Assembly: GCA_038087875.1 (NCBI GenBank)
Contig: CM075997.1
Location: 8,124,001 to 8,188,000 of the forward strand
Direction of reading: 5' to 3'
Source: Malacoraja senta
Taxonomy: Eukaryota
DNA: 64,000 nucleotides
Part shown: positions 60,249 through 64,000 of the stretch, piece by piece
Layout: each line of letters begins with the position of its first letter
Numbering within the stretch: position 1 is the stretch's first letter
Made by a program: the position numbers and the translations under genes
The notes under the pieces: model-generated
Told to the model about the DNA's origin: nothing
Seen by the model: only the letters and a program-made list of their open reading frames with translations
The model's database searches: none

Positions 60249-61044
60249 TTTGAATAATTATAGTACCTTTAAATCTTGTGGTGCATCCATATCCCAGGTC
60301 TTTAGGTATTGGGGGAGCTTTTGAGTTTTTAAGTTTTGCTGGTATGTCCATTTTACGCTTCTCACTAAACACAAAACACAAACAAGTGATTTTAAGTGAT
60401 AAAAAAAAAACTAAAAAAGTGAAGATACAGTGTCTGATATAGTCGGCACTGTAGCGAGTGTCCCACCTGTAGGTGGGAAAAAACCTTGTTTTGACTTCCA
60501 TTGCGTTGTTACACAAATAGCTCCGCTCTCTTGGTTAATCATAACATATTATAATATTAAAACGGGGCCTCATTATAACATATATATATATCGGAATTTT
60601 AACTGCTAATTATTAAACCGATACTTTTGACTTCAATAAGAATCAACTGTTGGTTGAAGGGGTTAACGAGACATGCCCCTGGACCTAAGCCAGTTGCTCG
60701 TTTCTCATCCCCTCCTCCCACTTATAGATAGGGTTTCAGTTTATTAAAAAATCATATTAGTATGTTAGTTCGTTATTTTTTATTTTTGTTTTTATTAGTA
60801 TTCTAATCTAACATGCATAACTTATTAAGTTGTTAATAGGATAAGTTCTTACAATTGGTTATAATATTATAATCTAATAAGCAATTATATGCTTTCTGGT
60901 ATATACCATTCCCATCTGTTGAGTTGTTTACTCGTTTTGAACAGAAAGTGTCCTTGATTCAACATTACAAAGATAACAGTGTAACTATCCCCAGACAAAG
61001 CATTGCTTAAAATGGTTCAGATCTGCCAAACCTCCCTTTCCTTT

Positions 61045-62193
61045 CTATTTTTCAACGATAGTTTGGGCATATTTAAACGCATCTTCAGGCTTAACAAATG
61101 ACTTTTCAATACCCTTAAAGGAAATACGCATTTTCGCGGGATAAAAAATCCCAAATCTGATCCCTTCTCTCCCTCTTAAAAGATCTTTAACCTTCTCAAA
61201 TTTGTTTCTTTTTTGCACAATTTCATACGGGTAGTCCCTGAATATCTTAATAGTGTCATTGTCCAGCCGCAGTTGCACACCGTATTTGATTTTACTCATA
61301 ACATCTTCCAGTTCTAAAATGTCCCGAAATTTCACAATAATATGTCGTGGATAAGTTTTTCCCGCACCAGATCTTTGTTTAAATCTTGGGACACGATGAG
61401 CCACTTCGATTTTCGGTTCTTTGGAAAGGTTCAGCAGTTGTTTAAACAAGCCCATGGCAAACTCACGTACATCCTCCCCTTCGGCTCCCTCTGAAACTCC
61501 AAGAATTCTCAAATTCTGGCGTCTAGAGCGAGCTTCCAGGTCCAGGCATTTGACTGAGACTTTCTCCAGTTGAGTCACCATCTGTAGTGAAGTTTGTTCG
61601 TTTTCTCGCCTCATTTGCTCATGTTCTTGCCTCATTTTCGCCATGTCTTCAACCATTCGAGCCGTGTTTTTCTCCAATTCCGTAATTGTGCGCATACTTG
61701 CAGCTACTGTTTCAAGCACAGCCGTGAACTTATCCGTAGTAGTTTCATCCATCTTGTCCATTCTCTCTGATAGTCCATCTTTCACCTCATCAATTCGTTT
61801 ATTCATAATGTCCAGTGAATCAATCATATTCTTCTGGTTACCAGCATTTAATTCCCTCATCATCTTCTCCATTCCTTCCATCATGTTTGCCATATTTTCC
61901 TTCATTTCCTTCTTATCTTCCTTCATATTTTCCTTCATTTCCTTCTTATCTTCCTTCATATTTTCCTTCATATTTTCCATCATAATTTTATTTTCGTCCA
62001 AAATCTCATCTTTCATATTTTTCACTGATTTCTTCAAGTCATCAAACTCTTTCTTAGATCTTGTATCCATTTCTGCAGCCACTTCAGAGACTTCAGAGAC
62101 TTCAGAGGTAACTTCTGCTTCAGACTTCTTCTGGTCTTTCAGCAGCTTTTTCACTGCTCTCTGAGGGCTCACAGCTGGAGGCAGGTTACTCAT
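61045..62193 (-). CDS. L1 ORF1p (coiled coil + RRM/CTD), open 382 aa
   Basis: DLEARSRRQNLRILGVSEG, IEVAHRV, PRHIIVKF, IFRDYP and YPAKMRI motifs after a long coiled coil. Confidence 0.93.
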   Translation of the reverse strand: MSNLPPAVSPQRAVKKLLKDQKKSEAEVTSEVSEVSEVAAEMDTRSKKEFDDLKKSVKNMKDEILDENKIMMENMKENMKEDKKEMKENMKEDKKEMKENMANMMEGMEKMMRELNAGNQKNMIDSLDIMNKRIDEVKDGLSERMDKMDETTTDKFTAVLETVAASMRTITELEKNTARMVEDMAKMRQEHEQMRRENEQTSLQMVTQLEKVSVKCLDLEARSRRQNLRILGVSEGAEGEDVREFAMGLFKQLLNLSKEPKIEVAHRVPRFKQRSGAGKTYPRHIIVKFRDILELEDVMSKIKYGVQLRLDNDTIKIFRDYPYEIVQKRNKFEKVKDLLRGREGIRFGIFYPAKMRISFKGIEKSFVKPEDAFKYAQTIVEK

Positions 62194-62323
62194 TTAAAGG
62201 GCTTCAAACCACCGTTTAAAACATCGCGCTTAATGATGACGTCACCAGCGCGGCGACCAGAAGCTCCGGTAAGGTTTTAAAAAAACAATCCCGATTTTTG
62301 GACCCGTTTTACACGATAAATCG

Positions 62324-62640
62324 TGAAATATCACTGTCAATGGCTGCACAATCTCTAAAGCCACAATTTCAGATCACTGGGGTGCAGTCCACCAGGTCCA
62401 GATGACTTATTCACCTTCAGCCCTTCCAGCTTCCCAAGCTCCTTCTCCCTATTAATAGCCAGTCCACTAACTACCACCCCCAACTCTCTTGAATTTCAGG
62501 CACGTTGCTGGTGACTTCCACTGTGAAGACTGATGACATAAAGTTATTCAACTCCTTTGCCATTTCGTTATTCCCCTCATCACTTCTCCCGCATCATTCT
62601 CCAGCTTTTGACGCCCGTTCTTGCCTCTTTCTAACTTTAT
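62324..62640 (+). repeat. Right copy of the 317-bp direct duplication flanking the L1
   Basis: Ends at ctaactttat|aaaact, an L1-endonuclease-like TTTAT/AAAA site. Confidence 0.95.
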
Positions 62641-64000
62641 AAAACTGAAGAAACTCTTTTATATTATTGGATCGTCTATCTTCGTATTTCATCGTTCTAC
62701 TCTTATTGCCTACTTAATTACCTTATGTTGTTCTTTAAAAGCCTCCCAATCCTCTGACTGCCACCTCATCTTTGTTGTGTTATACGCCTTCTCTTTTAGT
62801 TTTATACTGTCCTTGACTCCGTTGTCAACCACGGGCGTCTCTTTCTCCTGCGAGATTCTTTCTTCCTCTCTGGAATGAAAATATCCTGTTCCAACTTGCT
62901 GATCCCTGCTTGGGTCCTTTTCCAGTCAACTTTATCAAGCTCCTCCCTGATGACTATATGGTCCCTTTTGCTCAGCTGCAATACCGACATATCAGATTTC
63001 ACCTACTCCCTCTCAAATTGCAGATAAAAACTGATCATATTGTGGCCGCTATCTATTAATGGTTCCTTTACCTCGAGTTCCCTTATCAACTCATGTTCAT
63101 TACATAACACTAAATACAGAATTGCTTTTTTCCTGGAAGACTCTACTATTAACTGCTCTAATAACCCATCTGGGAGGTACTCTACAAATTCCCTTTGTTA
63201 TGGTCCAATACAAACCTGATTTACGCAGTCTACCCGAATATTGAAATCACGGATGACCACCGTATCATTCCCTTTTTTACATGCCAAATTTATCTTCTGA
63301 TGATTTTTTTAAACCTATATCCTTGCAACTGTTCGGGGAGCTGTAAATAACTCCCATTAGAGTCTTTATACCTTCATAATTTCTCAACTCTATCCACTAT
63401 CACTCTACATCTTCTGATCCTCTGACACCCCTCGTTAAAGACTGAATTTCAATCCCAACCAACTGAACTACCGAACAGCTTCTGCCCACCTTTCTATCTT
63501 TCCGAAAGGATGTAAAGCCCTGAATATTCGTCTCCCAGCTCCGATCCTCTTGCATCCACGTTTCTGTAATGCCTACAGCATAATACCTGCCAATTTCCAA
63601 CTGTGCTACAAGCTCAACACGTGTTCCTTATGCTACGTACATTCAGATATAATAACTTCAATTCGGTGTTGGCCGCCCCTCCTCTGACAACCATAGCGAT
63701 TTTTCCCCACCTTACACTCTTCTCAATTTTTAAACTTTCTGTCCTGTTTTTTGAGGAGATTTCCGTGACATTTCCTGCATTCTCTTTCCCGTTAACTCCA
63801 CGCATACGCTTCCACGTTTTTTAACCACACCCCCCACCCCCTCAACACTATTTAGGTTAAACCCACCCATGTAGCACTAGCAAACCAGCCTGCCAGAATC
63901 TCGTTCCCTTCCAGTTAACGTGCAACCCGTTCCTCTTGTACAGGTCACCTCTGCCACAGAAGAGAGCTCAATGGTCGAGAAAACTAAATCCCTGCCCCCT

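Larger units (their letters stand above)
56065..62323 (-). mobile_element. Full-length L1-clade LINE (6259 bp)
   Basis: 5' UTR of about 130 bp, ORF1, 796-bp spacer, ORF2 (EN-RT-Cys/His domain), 3' UTR and an A-rich tail (T-rich on + at 56065-56090). Confidence 0.95.
55030..64000 (-). mobile_element. Old degraded CR1 LINE that hosts the L1 insertion
   Basis: RT remnants at 55030-56064, and linker/EN remnants at 62324-63700 (LLYLNVRSIRN, VGITETW..FRKDR). Confidence 0.8.

Noticed and set aside
61643..62164. 173-aa Ser/Phe/Ile-rich plus-strand ORF
   Set aside because: Antisense shadow of the repetitive L1 ORF1 coiled coil.

Overview
Repeat-dense vertebrate genomic DNA. The CR1, HE1-like SINE, Penelope and DIRS content suggests a cartilaginous fish such as a skate or ray (inference). 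The only host coding sequence I can support is a + strand set of phase-1 exons for an LRC-type (LILR/KIR/IGSF1/A1BG-like) Ig receptor locus. It has four gap-free 291-nt Ig exons, a fifth Ig exon with a 1-nt frameshift and a GC splice donor, a decayed Ig exon, two different transmembrane exons and candidate cytoplasmic exons. Most of the remainder is transposons: many CR1, L2, Rex1 and RTE fragments, two DIRS (tyrosine-recombinase) elements, a Penelope element with a tandem pseudo-LTR, and a near-intact full-length L1. Most notable: (1) the L1 is flanked by a 317-bp direct target duplication; (2) Penelope-derived minimal hammerhead ribozyme motifs recur, including short palindromic elements with one hammerhead on each strand; (3) the LRC-like receptor locus itself; (4) a young SINE resembling the teleost AFC family; (5) a DIRS element with both termini, its internal complementary region and a TTTT crossover site all visible. 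All calls were made by eye with no database searches.
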